Virus record (IMG/VR): IMGVR_UViG_3300027734_002590
Location: 37,663 to 101,662 of that record
Source of the DNA: a virus
Direction: 5' to 3' (one strand)
Length of the DNA stretch: 64,000 nt
Part shown: piece by piece, positions 45,176 through 53,698 of the stretch
Numbering within the stretch: the stretch's first letter is position 1
How the letters are laid out: each line of letters starts with the position of its first letter
The notes under the pieces: model-generated
Database searches by the model: none
What the model saw: the letters and a program-made list of their open reading frames with translations, nothing else
Told to the model about the DNA's origin: nothing
Made by a program: the position numbers and the translations under genes

Positions 45176-46216
45176 TTACTCTGTCAAATCCGACAGCTCG
45201 CGGGCATGATCTTGATAGAATTCAAAAATCTTATCTAGTGCGTCTACTAGTGTTACTGTAGGAGTCCAGCCCAATTCTTCTCTGGTGTTAGTGATCTTTG
45301 GAACACGGCTTTGTACGTCTTGATAACCCTTACCGTAGAAGTCACTACTCAATGTGCCAATAATATTAACCTTGTGTGCATTTGAGTACGCAGGGTACTT
45401 TCTAGCCAAGTCTAACATCATTCCTGCAAGGGCGGAAATTGAGTGGTCTTCTACTGGATTACCAATGTTGTAGATCTTGCCCGTAGCAATGCCATTCTTG
45501 TTTTCTATAATTTTCATTAGCGCACTAATGCCATCATCGATGTAGGTAAAGCAACGTCTCTGCTCTCCGCCATCTACAAGTTCTAAATTTTTACCGTATA
45601 CAATATTAGAAAGGAACTGTGTAATAACACGGGGACTACCTTCCTTCTGTGTACTGATCTTATCTAGTCCAGGTCCGACCCAATTGAACGGACGGAATAG
45701 CGTATAGTTAAATCCTTGCTCTTGCCCATAGGCCGCAATGACGCGATCCATCATTTGTTTTGCACAAGCATAGATCCAACGTTGCTTGTTGATAGGTCCG
45801 TAGGTCAATTCTGACTCGTAAGGGTCAAACGGAGTATCTTTACTCATACCATATACTTCGCTTGTACTTGGCCAAATCAAATGCTTCTTATACTTGACCG
45901 CATCTTTAATGATCGGCAAGTTTGCTTCAAAGTCTAGTTCAAAAACTCGAAGAGGATTTTGTACATAGGTCGCAGGAGTGGCCACAGCAACTAAGGGTAG
46001 AATTACATCACACTTTTTAACATGATAGGTAACCCACTCTTTGTTAATAGTAATGTCGCCTTCAACAAAGTGAACACGTTTGTCATTTACCATATCGCCT
46101 AGTTTGTCACTAGACATATCCATACCATAGACTTCCCAGTCTGTGGTCTCTAAAATTCGTTTAGTCAAATGATGACCAATAAAACCGTTAACACCTAAAA
46201 TTAAAACTTTTTTCAT
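45176..46216 (-). CDS. UDP-glucuronate dehydrogenase/decarboxylase (stand-alone ArnA C-terminal domain)
   Basis: LGVNGFIGHHL, ELDFEANL, STSEVYG, RWIYACAK, FRPFNW. Confidence 0.92.
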   Translation of the reverse strand: MKKVLILGVNGFIGHHLTKRILETTDWEVYGMDMSSDKLGDMVNDKRVHFVEGDITINKEWVTYHVKKCDVILPLVAVATPATYVQNPLRVFELDFEANLPIIKDAVKYKKHLIWPSTSEVYGMSKDTPFDPYESELTYGPINKQRWIYACAKQMMDRVIAAYGQEQGFNYTLFRPFNWVGPGLDKISTQKEGSPRVITQFLSNIVYGKNLELVDGGEQRRCFTYIDDGISALMKIIENKNGIATGKIYNIGNPVEDHSISALAGMMLDLARKYPAYSNAHKVNIIGTLSSDFYGKGYQDVQSRVPKITNTREELGWTPTVTLVDALDKIFEFYQDHARELSDLTE

Positions 46217-46283
46217 AAGCACCTCTGCAATTATTTAAAAAAATAAGGACCCGTAGGTCCCTATTCTTGAAAGTATTCTAAAA

Positions 46284-46994
46284 TTAGAATGCTTTGCTTA
46301 CAGAAACAACAAATGTGTCTTTGTATAACTTTTGACCGTTTACGGTATTTGTAGCGTTGAATGAGCTACCTTGATTGCTGTTTGTGTAATACTTACCAGC
46401 AATATCCCAACCTTGTAAATTGTAAACAGCACCGACGTTCCAGTCAGTGTAGTTTAAGCCACTGTTGTTGTTAACATCAGTACGGCCGGCGTGAGCAACG
46501 GCGCTCAATTTACCAACGATTGGCTGAACTAAATCAACTTGATAGTATTGTGAGTTTTTACTGTTAGTAGTACCGAAGTAGTTGCTCAAAGAATTACTTG
46601 CTTTGAATGTAACTGGACCTTTGCCAACTGCAACATAAAGTTCGTTAGTGTCAAAGTTAGTACTAGTACCATTAGTAGCACGTGGATAAAAGTAGTTCAT
46701 TGAACCAACGTCTAAATCAAATCCCAAGAACTTGCTTTTGTAGCCAGCATATAGATCTGATTCAACGCCAGCACCATTACCGTAGAGTTCTGAACTTACG
46801 GAACTGTTCCAGTTACCGACGTATAAACCGCTTGAGTGAGCGTAGTCGATTCCACCTTGTACTGCTGGTGCGTTTTGAGTTTGGCTAACCCCACGGAATC
46901 TGTAGTCAGAGGTAAGAGACATATTGCCTGATACTTGAGCTTGTGCTGTGGCAAATCCTACTGCCAACATAAATGCTAAAAATAGCTTTTTCAT
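46284..46994 (-). CDS. TorF-family putative porin (TIGR02001-like)
   Basis: Signal peptide; SDYRFRGVSQT..PAVQGG.D; terminal Phe. Confidence 0.9.
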   Translation of the reverse strand: MKKLFLAFMLAVGFATAQAQVSGNMSLTSDYRFRGVSQTQNAPAVQGGIDYAHSSGLYVGNWNSSVSSELYGNGAGVESDLYAGYKSKFLGFDLDVGSMNYFYPRATNGTSTNFDTNELYVAVGKGPVTFKASNSLSNYFGTTNSKNSQYYQVDLVQPIVGKLSAVAHAGRTDVNNNSGLNYTDWNVGAVYNLQGWDIAGKYYTNSNQGSSFNATNTVNGQKLYKDTFVVSVSKAF

Positions 46995-47106
46995 ATTTTA
47001 TATTTCCTTTTAAAAATGACATATGAGTCATGTCTATATTATATAGTATTATTACTGATTAGTCAACCGTAAAAATGGCTACCGAAGTAGCCATCGTTTT
47101 TACCAG

Positions 47107-48147
47107 TTAGATTAAGAATGTTATTGTGCCTGCTGTAGCAAGTAATAACGCTCCCCATCCGCCCAATGCTTTGTAATATGTGCTGATAGGTGTGCCGAAA
47201 TAACGGTTACCAATCATAACACACTTATGCGTAGGGCTAATGAGATAGCCAGCAAAGTCTAATGCAAAGAACCATAAGAAGTACTCTTGTCCAAAGACTT
47301 GAGACATAATTACAGCGATTGCAATAAACTTGCCGCTACTTCCCATTAGGAAGCTGGCAATAAAGCCGATAGCCGAAATAGCTACCATGCCAACGAAAGT
47401 ATGCGGATCAAGCACACTTGCCTTTAACATAGTTTGCCATGCGGCATCATAAGTTTTCATGTAGTTGCCTAAGGCGATAACTGCACCAACCCATGCTAAT
47501 ACATCCCAGCGAACATAGCCCAATAATTTCTTAATGTTCCATTGTTGGCTGATGATGATATAGTATAGGGTTAGGAAACCAAAACATCCAATCATCCATT
47601 TGCTTTCGTAGATGTACAAGCCAATGGCTACGAACATCGGTAAAACATTGCGAAGGACTGACGATAGTTTAAAGTTTCCTGGTGTAATTGTAATTTCTTC
47701 ATCATGCACTTGTGACCAAATGTACCAAGCGATGAATACAAAACTAACAACCAACAGTGGTGCGATTAGGCCAAGCCATGCACCATAAGTTAGACCAAAT
47801 GCCGCGATGGGTAGGATTACTGTTTTCTCGAGTGGCGACCACAAATAATAGTGGTGCGTACTCAAATAATCAACAATGCCTAACTTCTCACGGCCTGGTC
47901 CGTCTTTTGGTGCAACTGTGTCAAGCAGACCTGCTGACACAGTGACTCGACCTTCAATTGGCAGAACTCCACCAATTGCGCTTAAGAGTACTACAACGAA
48001 CCTGTTGCTACGGAATGTGTTTCTTACATAGGCAAATGCTGGGGCAAATAGAGCGTACTCTTTTGCTAATCCAGCAGTGATCATAATGAAGAATATCATC
48101 CATAGATACGATATGTCCTTTAACAGGACGTTTGTGATGAAGTCCAT
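47107..48147 (-). CDS. multi-pass membrane transporter-like protein
   Basis: About 10 TM segments; GYLISPTHKC motif. Confidence 0.75.
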   Translation of the reverse strand: MDFITNVLLKDISYLWMIFFIMITAGLAKEYALFAPAFAYVRNTFRSNRFVVVLLSAIGGVLPIEGRVTVSAGLLDTVAPKDGPGREKLGIVDYLSTHHYYLWSPLEKTVILPIAAFGLTYGAWLGLIAPLLVVSFVFIAWYIWSQVHDEEITITPGNFKLSSVLRNVLPMFVAIGLYIYESKWMIGCFGFLTLYYIIISQQWNIKKLLGYVRWDVLAWVGAVIALGNYMKTYDAAWQTMLKASVLDPHTFVGMVAISAIGFIASFLMGSSGKFIAIAVIMSQVFGQEYFLWFFALDFAGYLISPTHKCVMIGNRYFGTPISTYYKALGGWGALLLATAGTITFLI

Positions 48148-48202
48148 CGTTTCTCCTTAAAAAAGCGACACAACCTAGTGCCGCTTTCTTACTTATGCAT
48201 CA

Positions 48203-48460
48203 CTACATCCATCGTAAAATGAAATTGACAGCATCCTTTTTATCTTCAAAAATAAAATCTCTGCCATTGCGTTCAAATGGATTTTTAATGTTTTCTTCTA
48301 ACCAATATGTAATATCAATAGCGTGGTTATTATCTTGTAGACGATTAAGCATAACACGGGTCCATCCTATCCCTTGTAACATACCCCATAGAATTTCTCG
48401 GTCAATTTCGCGGGCCATTTCGTTGCCTGCTTTGTTGAGAATTTCTTCTTCTATACTCAT
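48203..48460 (-). CDS. hypothetical protein (small family ending F..LxW)
   Basis: Ends FIFEDKKDAVNFILRWM. Confidence 0.7.
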   Translation of the reverse strand: MSIEEEILNKAGNEMAREIDREILWGMLQGIGWTRVMLNRLQDNNHAIDITYWLEENIKNPFERNGRDFIFEDKKDAVNFILRWM

Positions 48461-48633
48461 GCCCATCTCAAGGTACACATCAAATGATCTTTGCTATCTC
48501 TAAAGTATATTTTATAATAACTAATCCACCATCGAGGTCCAGGAGGACCGAATTGTTTATTCAACCAAGAGATTAACTCGGGTGTGAGTCTTTCCAATTC
48601 TATGATAGAATATTCGTGGTCAACTTCTATCAT
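48457..48633 (-). CDS. hypothetical protein (small family ending F..LxW, 58 aa)
   Basis: Hand-translated; ends IYFRDSKDHLMCTLRWA. Confidence 0.7.
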   Translation of the reverse strand: MIEVDHEYSIIELERLTPELISWLNKQFGPPGPRWWISYYKIYFRDSKDHLMCTLRWA

Positions 48634-49120
48634 GTAGGATTGTTCCTAGCCATTCTTTACAGGGTTGCCATGTTTTATAAATGTGTGACAGTCCGCCTGC
48701 ACGAGTCCATTCGTCACAGTTGCTAGTACGATCATCGATTAAAATATCGCCTGGCTTACAATGCTTCCATTTGTCGTAACTGTATGGGCCGAGGAACACT
48801 GGAATTCCTTCAAAGTGTTCGTGCGCCCACCATACTTTATCCTGTGCCGTAAACTGCATATCATTATTGCGTGGAAGTGCAGATAAGAACGCAAGTCCGT
48901 CAGCTTGTCCATTACTAACAGCATCACGACAATATTGTACAAGATCGTGTGCATTTTCTTTTAATGGTAGGTGCCTATAGAACCTAGCGTTCATTTTAAT
49001 CTTATCCCAATCCTCTTGGGGTATGCGTTCGTTGTCTTTGTTCCAACGCATACGCAAAAACTCTTGTGCGGCAGTATGCCAATCGGCTACTACATCATCC
49101 ATATCTAAATATATAATCAA
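48620..49120 (-). CDS. HAD-family 5'(3')-deoxyribonucleotidase-like protein
   Basis: YLDMDDV and ILIDDR motifs. Confidence 0.85.
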   Translation of the reverse strand: MIIYLDMDDVVADWHTAAQEFLRMRWNKDNERIPQEDWDKIKMNARFYRHLPLKENAHDLVQYCRDAVSNGQADGLAFLSALPRNNDMQFTAQDKVWWAHEHFEGIPVFLGPYSYDKWKHCKPGDILIDDRTSNCDEWTRAGGLSHIYKTWQPCKEWLGTILHDRS

Positions 49121-49121
49121 T

Positions 49122-49445
49122 TTAACTCCATTTCATTATAAACATCGTACGGTCTTTTTCTTCACGAAACCAAAACTTGCGATTGTTAGCATACCAACGT
49201 TCTCCGGGCTGGGGTGCTTTTTTATCTACTTGCTCTGCCCAAATGCTACCTGTAGTTTCCCCACAGGTCTGAATACACCAATCTTCTAGCACTCGCCAGT
49301 TACCGCCGACTGGCTCTATACAATAATATCTATTACCGTAAACTTTACCTTCGCTAAGAACCAAATCAGTAATTGGTTGACTAAGCAAATCATCCATTAA
49401 TCGATCGATAGCTTGAGCACTCCACTGACTCATTTTGCTAGACAT
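49122..49445 (-). CDS. hypothetical protein (small family ending F..LxW)
   Basis: Ends FWFREEKDRTMFIMKWS. Confidence 0.7.
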   Translation of the reverse strand: MSSKMSQWSAQAIDRLMDDLLSQPITDLVLSEGKVYGNRYYCIEPVGGNWRVLEDWCIQTCGETTGSIWAEQVDKKAPQPGERWYANNRKFWFREEKDRTMFIMKWS

Positions 49446-49448
49446 ATA

Positions 49449-49658
49449 TTATGAAACAGCCATCATAAACATAAGAGCATCTTTCTCATCTACGAATTGA
49501 AAGTCCATCCATTCTTCGTTTGAGTGGCACTCAAACTTATCTCCGGGGAGCCCAAAGGTCTCAACAGCATACATACATGCTTTATCCCATGTGCGGTTGT
49601 CGTCTTTAGACTCCCAAGAAAGTCGAACAGTTTTTGAATCGTATGAACGTACCCTCAT
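49449..49658 (-). CDS. hypothetical protein (related small family)
   Basis: FGLPG...FQFVDEKDALMF. Confidence 0.7.
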   Translation of the reverse strand: MRVRSYDSKTVRLSWESKDDNRTWDKACMYAVETFGLPGDKFECHSNEEWMDFQFVDEKDALMFMMAVS

Positions 49659-49660
49659 CC

Positions 49661-49837
49661 CTATACCATCTCGTCAATGTTGTTACCCTTGTTTAGATCC
49701 TGAGGCTTGATACGTGCTAGCTCTTGTTGTCTATCTTTGATCACTTTGATCTGTTGCTGTTTAATAGTTTCTTGTTGGGCAAGTTTCTGCAACTCAATCT
49801 TGTGAGCTATTGCTGGATTGATGCCGCCTACTTTCAT
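49661..49837 (-). CDS. small Gln/Lys-rich protein (58 aa)
   Basis: Hand-translated MKVGGINPAIAHK...KGNNIDEMV*. Confidence 0.65.
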   Translation of the reverse strand: MKVGGINPAIAHKIELQKLAQQETIKQQQIKVIKDRQQELARIKPQDLNKGNNIDEMV

Positions 49838-50664
49838 ACTTCGAAACTAAAACCTGGATCAAACGTATTGGCGATAGTTTCGTATCCCATATAACCACGT
49901 GGGTTAGTAACAACACGAGTATCACCGATCATATAATCACTTTGATTATGCATATGGCCATGTACCCAAGTTTTAATCTGAGGATTATCCAAGATCAATT
50001 CACTTAGGTCACTGTAGTAAGCACCATTCATATGATGGTCGTCTTTATACATAGGGTCAATGCTCAATGATGTCGGAGCATGATGGCTAACCACAACTAC
50101 TTTATCGTCTTTGTGTTCATCTAAAAATACCCGGAGTTTGCCCACAGTATCTTTAAACACACTAGCCGCATAAGCAGGAGTGAAACTATTAGTATAGTAG
50201 CTGTCACCATATAGCGAATCCATCTTGATGCCATGACCAAATTTAATAACTTTAAAATCACTCATGCTTTGCTTGATAACTTGCATACTAGTAGGATTGC
50301 CTTTGTTCATGTCCGTCCAGAATGTGGCTCCAAAGAACCATACGTCATCAATTTGCACCGATTCTTGTTCAAGGAAGTGAACGTTGTCTGGCAGTTCTCT
50401 ACGCAGGCGATCTGGGGTATCATCATAACTGTTATTATAGTGTTCGTGATTGCCCATAATGTAAATCACCTTACGATACTTAGGCATTTCTTCTGCAAGA
50501 AATCTACGATACCTATCTGCTAGGAAAGTATCTTTCTTTGCGTTATCTGCACGACGAAAATGACCTGCTTCCATAATATCGCCAGCCATAATCAGAACAT
50601 CACCACCGGGCAATTCAATGTCCGCAAAGTTAAGATGCATGTCGCTGACTAAATTAATTTTCAT
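49834..50664 (-). CDS. metallophosphoesterase
   Basis: SDMH, AGD, GNHE, HHAP, HGHMH, NPRGY. Confidence 0.92.
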   Translation of the reverse strand: MKINLVSDMHLNFADIELPGGDVLIMAGDIMEAGHFRRADNAKKDTFLADRYRRFLAEEMPKYRKVIYIMGNHEHYNNSYDDTPDRLRRELPDNVHFLEQESVQIDDVWFFGATFWTDMNKGNPTSMQVIKQSMSDFKVIKFGHGIKMDSLYGDSYYTNSFTPAYAASVFKDTVGKLRVFLDEHKDDKVVVVSHHAPTSLSIDPMYKDDHHMNGAYYSDLSELILDNPQIKTWVHGHMHNQSDYMIGDTRVVTNPRGYMGYETIANTFDPGFSFEV

Positions 50665-51092
50665 TGATAATCCTTATCTAAATTTACATTGGTTAACCCG
50701 GCAATAACTTGGAAGTTATCCCACGCTTTCTTAGCGGCCGGATTACTTTCCAGTTCGCTACTAGGCAACACAGCTTCTAACCAAATTTCTGGACGTCGAA
50801 TAGGATGTGCGCCAAACTTGCGTGGCTGATGCATCTTACCACTATCATACAATTCGATGCTGATGTCGCGGAACTTGGACTCATCCTCCGGGGGATAGTT
50901 TGCCCATTCTGGATTACTCCACAGTCCTCCAAGATTTTGGCCGCCGCCGTACCCTTCCCAAATACCTGCCCATTGTTCATCATTGTTGGGATCAAAATCT
51001 GTGCGAGTAATGAGAACGAGTACTTCATTGATATCTACTTCCCCGTCTACGATATCTCTAATACAACGGCTGTAACTTAATCCGATTTTCAT
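50661..51092 (-). CDS. hypothetical protein
   Basis: MKIGLSYSRC start; downstream of TTGACA-17-TATAAT (51123-51151). Confidence 0.75.
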   Translation of the reverse strand: MKIGLSYSRCIRDIVDGEVDINEVLVLITRTDFDPNNDEQWAGIWEGYGGGQNLGGLWSNPEWANYPPEDESKFRDISIELYDSGKMHQPRKFGAHPIRRPEIWLEAVLPSSELESNPAAKKAWDNFQVIAGLTNVNLDKDYQ

Positions 51093-51175
51093 AGTAGTAG
51101 CTTTCTGAATAATATAACAACTATTATACACTCAAATGGTAAACCTGTCAATTAAATTAGCACATAAATATTGCT

Positions 51176-52390
51176 ATGATTAAGCCAAAAACACAAGATG
51201 CAATCGCCAAAAGTTTAGAAAAACTCAAAACTGAAGGCAATTACAGAGTATTTACAGACATCCTGCGACAGCGGGGAGACTTTCCAAAAGCTATTTGGTA
51301 CGGAAAATACAACATCAAACATATTACAAATTGGTGTTCAAATGATTACTTAGGTATGGGTCAACATAAAGTAGTAGTTGATGCCATGCATACCGCATTA
51401 GATACTGCCGGTGCCGGCGCCGGTGGCACTCGCAACATTAGCGGTACAACTCACTATCACGTTGCACTTGAACACGAACTTGCCAAGTTACACGACAAGA
51501 CCAGTGCGCTTACGTTTACGTCAGGTTACGTTGCTAATCAGGCTACTCTTAGTGTTTTAGGTCGTATGATACCAAATGTACATTACATTAGCGACAAGCA
51601 TAATCATAACTCAATGATTGTTGGCATCAAGAGCACTAAAGTAGATCGTACTGTTTGGCGACACAATGATTTAGATCACCTACGTGAAATACTACAAGGA
51701 TTGCCGGTTGACTGTCAGCCTATTATTGCCTTAGAAGGAGTCTACTCCATGGACGGTGATCGAGGATTAGTCAGCGATGTATGTGAAATTGCTCGTATGC
51801 ATGGTGCTATGGTTTATGTTGACGAAGTACATGCTGTTGGCCTGTACGGAGCTCGTGGTGCAGGAGTTGCTGAAGAACAATTCTGCGTAGATGGTGTTGA
51901 TATCATACAAGGTACACTGGCCAAAGCGTTTGGCGTACAAGGTGGATACATTGCTGGAAGCCGAGACTTAGTTGATATGGTTCGCAGTTACGCAGACGGC
52001 TTTATCTTTTCAACTAGTATGAGTCCTGTGCTGTGTGCAGGCGCTTTAGCGTCAGTTAAGTACGTTCAAGATCATCCCGAGCTTCGAAATAGAATATTTG
52101 AAGTAGCGCATAATACAAGAGAGCACCTACGTGCTACAGGATTAGAAATCAACCCATTATCAGAGAACGGACATATTGTCCCTGTTATGGTACGTGATGC
52201 TAAGAAAACTAAGGCAATCTCAGATTGGCTATTAGAAGAAAAAGCATTGTACGTACAACCTATCAACTACCCGACTGTTCCGTGGGGTAGTGAAAGATTG
52301 CGCTTTACACCAACGCCCAATCACACTGAGGCAGATATTGATTATCTTGCCCGAAGCCTAAAGGAGGCATTTGATGTTTACAAAAATTAA
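51176..52390 (+). CDS. hemA: 5-aminolevulinate synthase (PLP-dependent, C4/Shemin pathway)
   Basis: WCSNDYLGM, GAGGTRNISGT, NHNSMI, DEVHAVGLYG, GTLAKAFG, INYPTV. Confidence 0.95.
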   Translation: MIKPKTQDAIAKSLEKLKTEGNYRVFTDILRQRGDFPKAIWYGKYNIKHITNWCSNDYLGMGQHKVVVDAMHTALDTAGAGAGGTRNISGTTHYHVALEHELAKLHDKTSALTFTSGYVANQATLSVLGRMIPNVHYISDKHNHNSMIVGIKSTKVDRTVWRHNDLDHLREILQGLPVDCQPIIALEGVYSMDGDRGLVSDVCEIARMHGAMVYVDEVHAVGLYGARGAGVAEEQFCVDGVDIIQGTLAKAFGVQGGYIAGSRDLVDMVRSYADGFIFSTSMSPVLCAGALASVKYVQDHPELRNRIFEVAHNTREHLRATGLEINPLSENGHIVPVMVRDAKKTKAISDWLLEEKALYVQPINYPTVPWGSERLRFTPTPNHTEADIDYLARSLKEAFDVYKN

Positions 52391-52796
52391 AAAGTATTTG
52401 TGGTTTACGGCAGGTATACTATTCTTAGGAGTAGCATACATCGGAGTTATCGTTCCGGGCATTCCTTGGTCAACGCCTAGTTTAATTGCGGCATATTGTT
52501 TTGCTCGTAGTTCGAAACGATTCCATGACTATATGCTTAATCATAAACTATTTGGTCCGTTTATTAAGAACTGGGCCGATGGCCGTGTTTATCCTAGCAA
52601 AGTAAAATGGATCATGTTCTTGTGTATGGATGCTAGTTTAATAATTATGTGGTTTGCTACACAGAACTGGAAAGCAGTTGCAGGTATGAGCGTGTTCTTT
52701 GCCCTAGTATTAATTTGGGCAAGCCGTTATCCTAGCACAAAAGAAGAAAGCGACCGTAGAAAGGCCGCTGGCGAAAAAATTGGGTGGTTAAAATGA
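52374..52796 (+). CDS. YbaN/DUF454 membrane protein
   Basis: IG..VPG.P.ST...AAYCFARSS.RF..HKLFGP. Confidence 0.85.
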   Translation: MFTKIKKYLWFTAGILFLGVAYIGVIVPGIPWSTPSLIAAYCFARSSKRFHDYMLNHKLFGPFIKNWADGRVYPSKVKWIMFLCMDASLIIMWFATQNWKAVAGMSVFFALVLIWASRYPSTKEESDRRKAAGEKIGWLK

Positions 52797-52885
52797 TTTT
52801 AGATATTATTCTTTATGGCTTTATCGCAGGCATTGCTTACGGCGTTTACAAATTTGTAAAGTTAGCCGTAAGCGATTGTGACTAA
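52793..52885 (+). CDS. small membrane peptide (30 aa)
   Basis: ATGA overlap; MILDIILYGFIAGIAYGVYK... Confidence 0.5.
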   Translation: MILDIILYGFIAGIAYGVYKFVKLAVSDCD

Positions 52886-53409
52886 GCAGTTTTGCCTAGT
52901 TTGCGATAAACGGTCTGTACACCTTTAGCTTGACGAATTGCGTCGAACAGCGCATTATGTTGTTCGGCGCTTTTTTCCATCTCAGGATCAGCCAGATCAA
53001 ACAATGTGCGTGTATCGCGACAGCGCCAGAATTCCCAAGGCGGAGTTCTATTAACTTGACGATACATATCTTCAAGAATCATTAAGTCAAATACTGCACC
53101 GTGACTCCAGAATTTATCGCAACCCCAAGCAAATTTGTGAAATGCACTTATAGCATCTTCAAAACTAATACGGCCGTCTGAACTAAATGCTTCTTCCATT
53201 ACTTCTGGATTTTGTTTAGCCCACCAATCTAATGTATTAGGGTCAATATCTCGACCCAACTTATCTTGATCATCTAAATCAATTTTCAAATAGAGCTCGT
53301 CATAAATCTCATTAGTAAATGGATTGAAGGTTACCGCTCCGAGTGTAAGAACTGTAGTGCGAGGTGTAACTGCCATTGTTTCCAAATCTACCATTAGATG
53401 CTTTGCCAT
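52882..53409 (-). CDS. DEDDh 3'-5' exo(ribo)nuclease
   Basis: MVDLET, FDL.IL, RDTRT, HNALFDA. Confidence 0.88.
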   Translation of the reverse strand: MAKHLMVDLETMAVTPRTTVLTLGAVTFNPFTNEIYDELYLKIDLDDQDKLGRDIDPNTLDWWAKQNPEVMEEAFSSDGRISFEDAISAFHKFAWGCDKFWSHGAVFDLMILEDMYRQVNRTPPWEFWRCRDTRTLFDLADPEMEKSAEQHNALFDAIRQAKGVQTVYRKLGKTA

Positions 53410-53461
53410 AATATGCCTTTGTATATGATTATACAAACATTATAGCATCAAATTTGAAAAA

Positions 53462-53698
53462 TTAATAGAGTTTTGGCGGTAATTGTTGATCACGTAAATG
53501 TTTTAACCAGCGAGCTCTTGCGGCTCCTTTTTTACGTTTTCTTACGGTGGTGGGTTTTTCGTAGCTTTGACGTTTTAGCACATCCATTAATAGATTGCTG
53601 TCATCTACTTTCTTTTTAAATTTTCTAAGTGAGGAGTTAAAATTATCCCCTACTTCTACCCGTAATCCTTTTACAGGTCTATTTGGCTGTCTCTGCAT
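53462..53698 (-). CDS. rpsU: 30S ribosomal protein bS21
   Basis: LRKFKKKV...YEKPT..RKRKK.AA. Confidence 0.9.
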   Translation of the reverse strand: MQRQPNRPVKGLRVEVGDNFNSSLRKFKKKVDDSNLLMDVLKRQSYEKPTTVRKRKKGAARARWLKHLRDQQLPPKLY

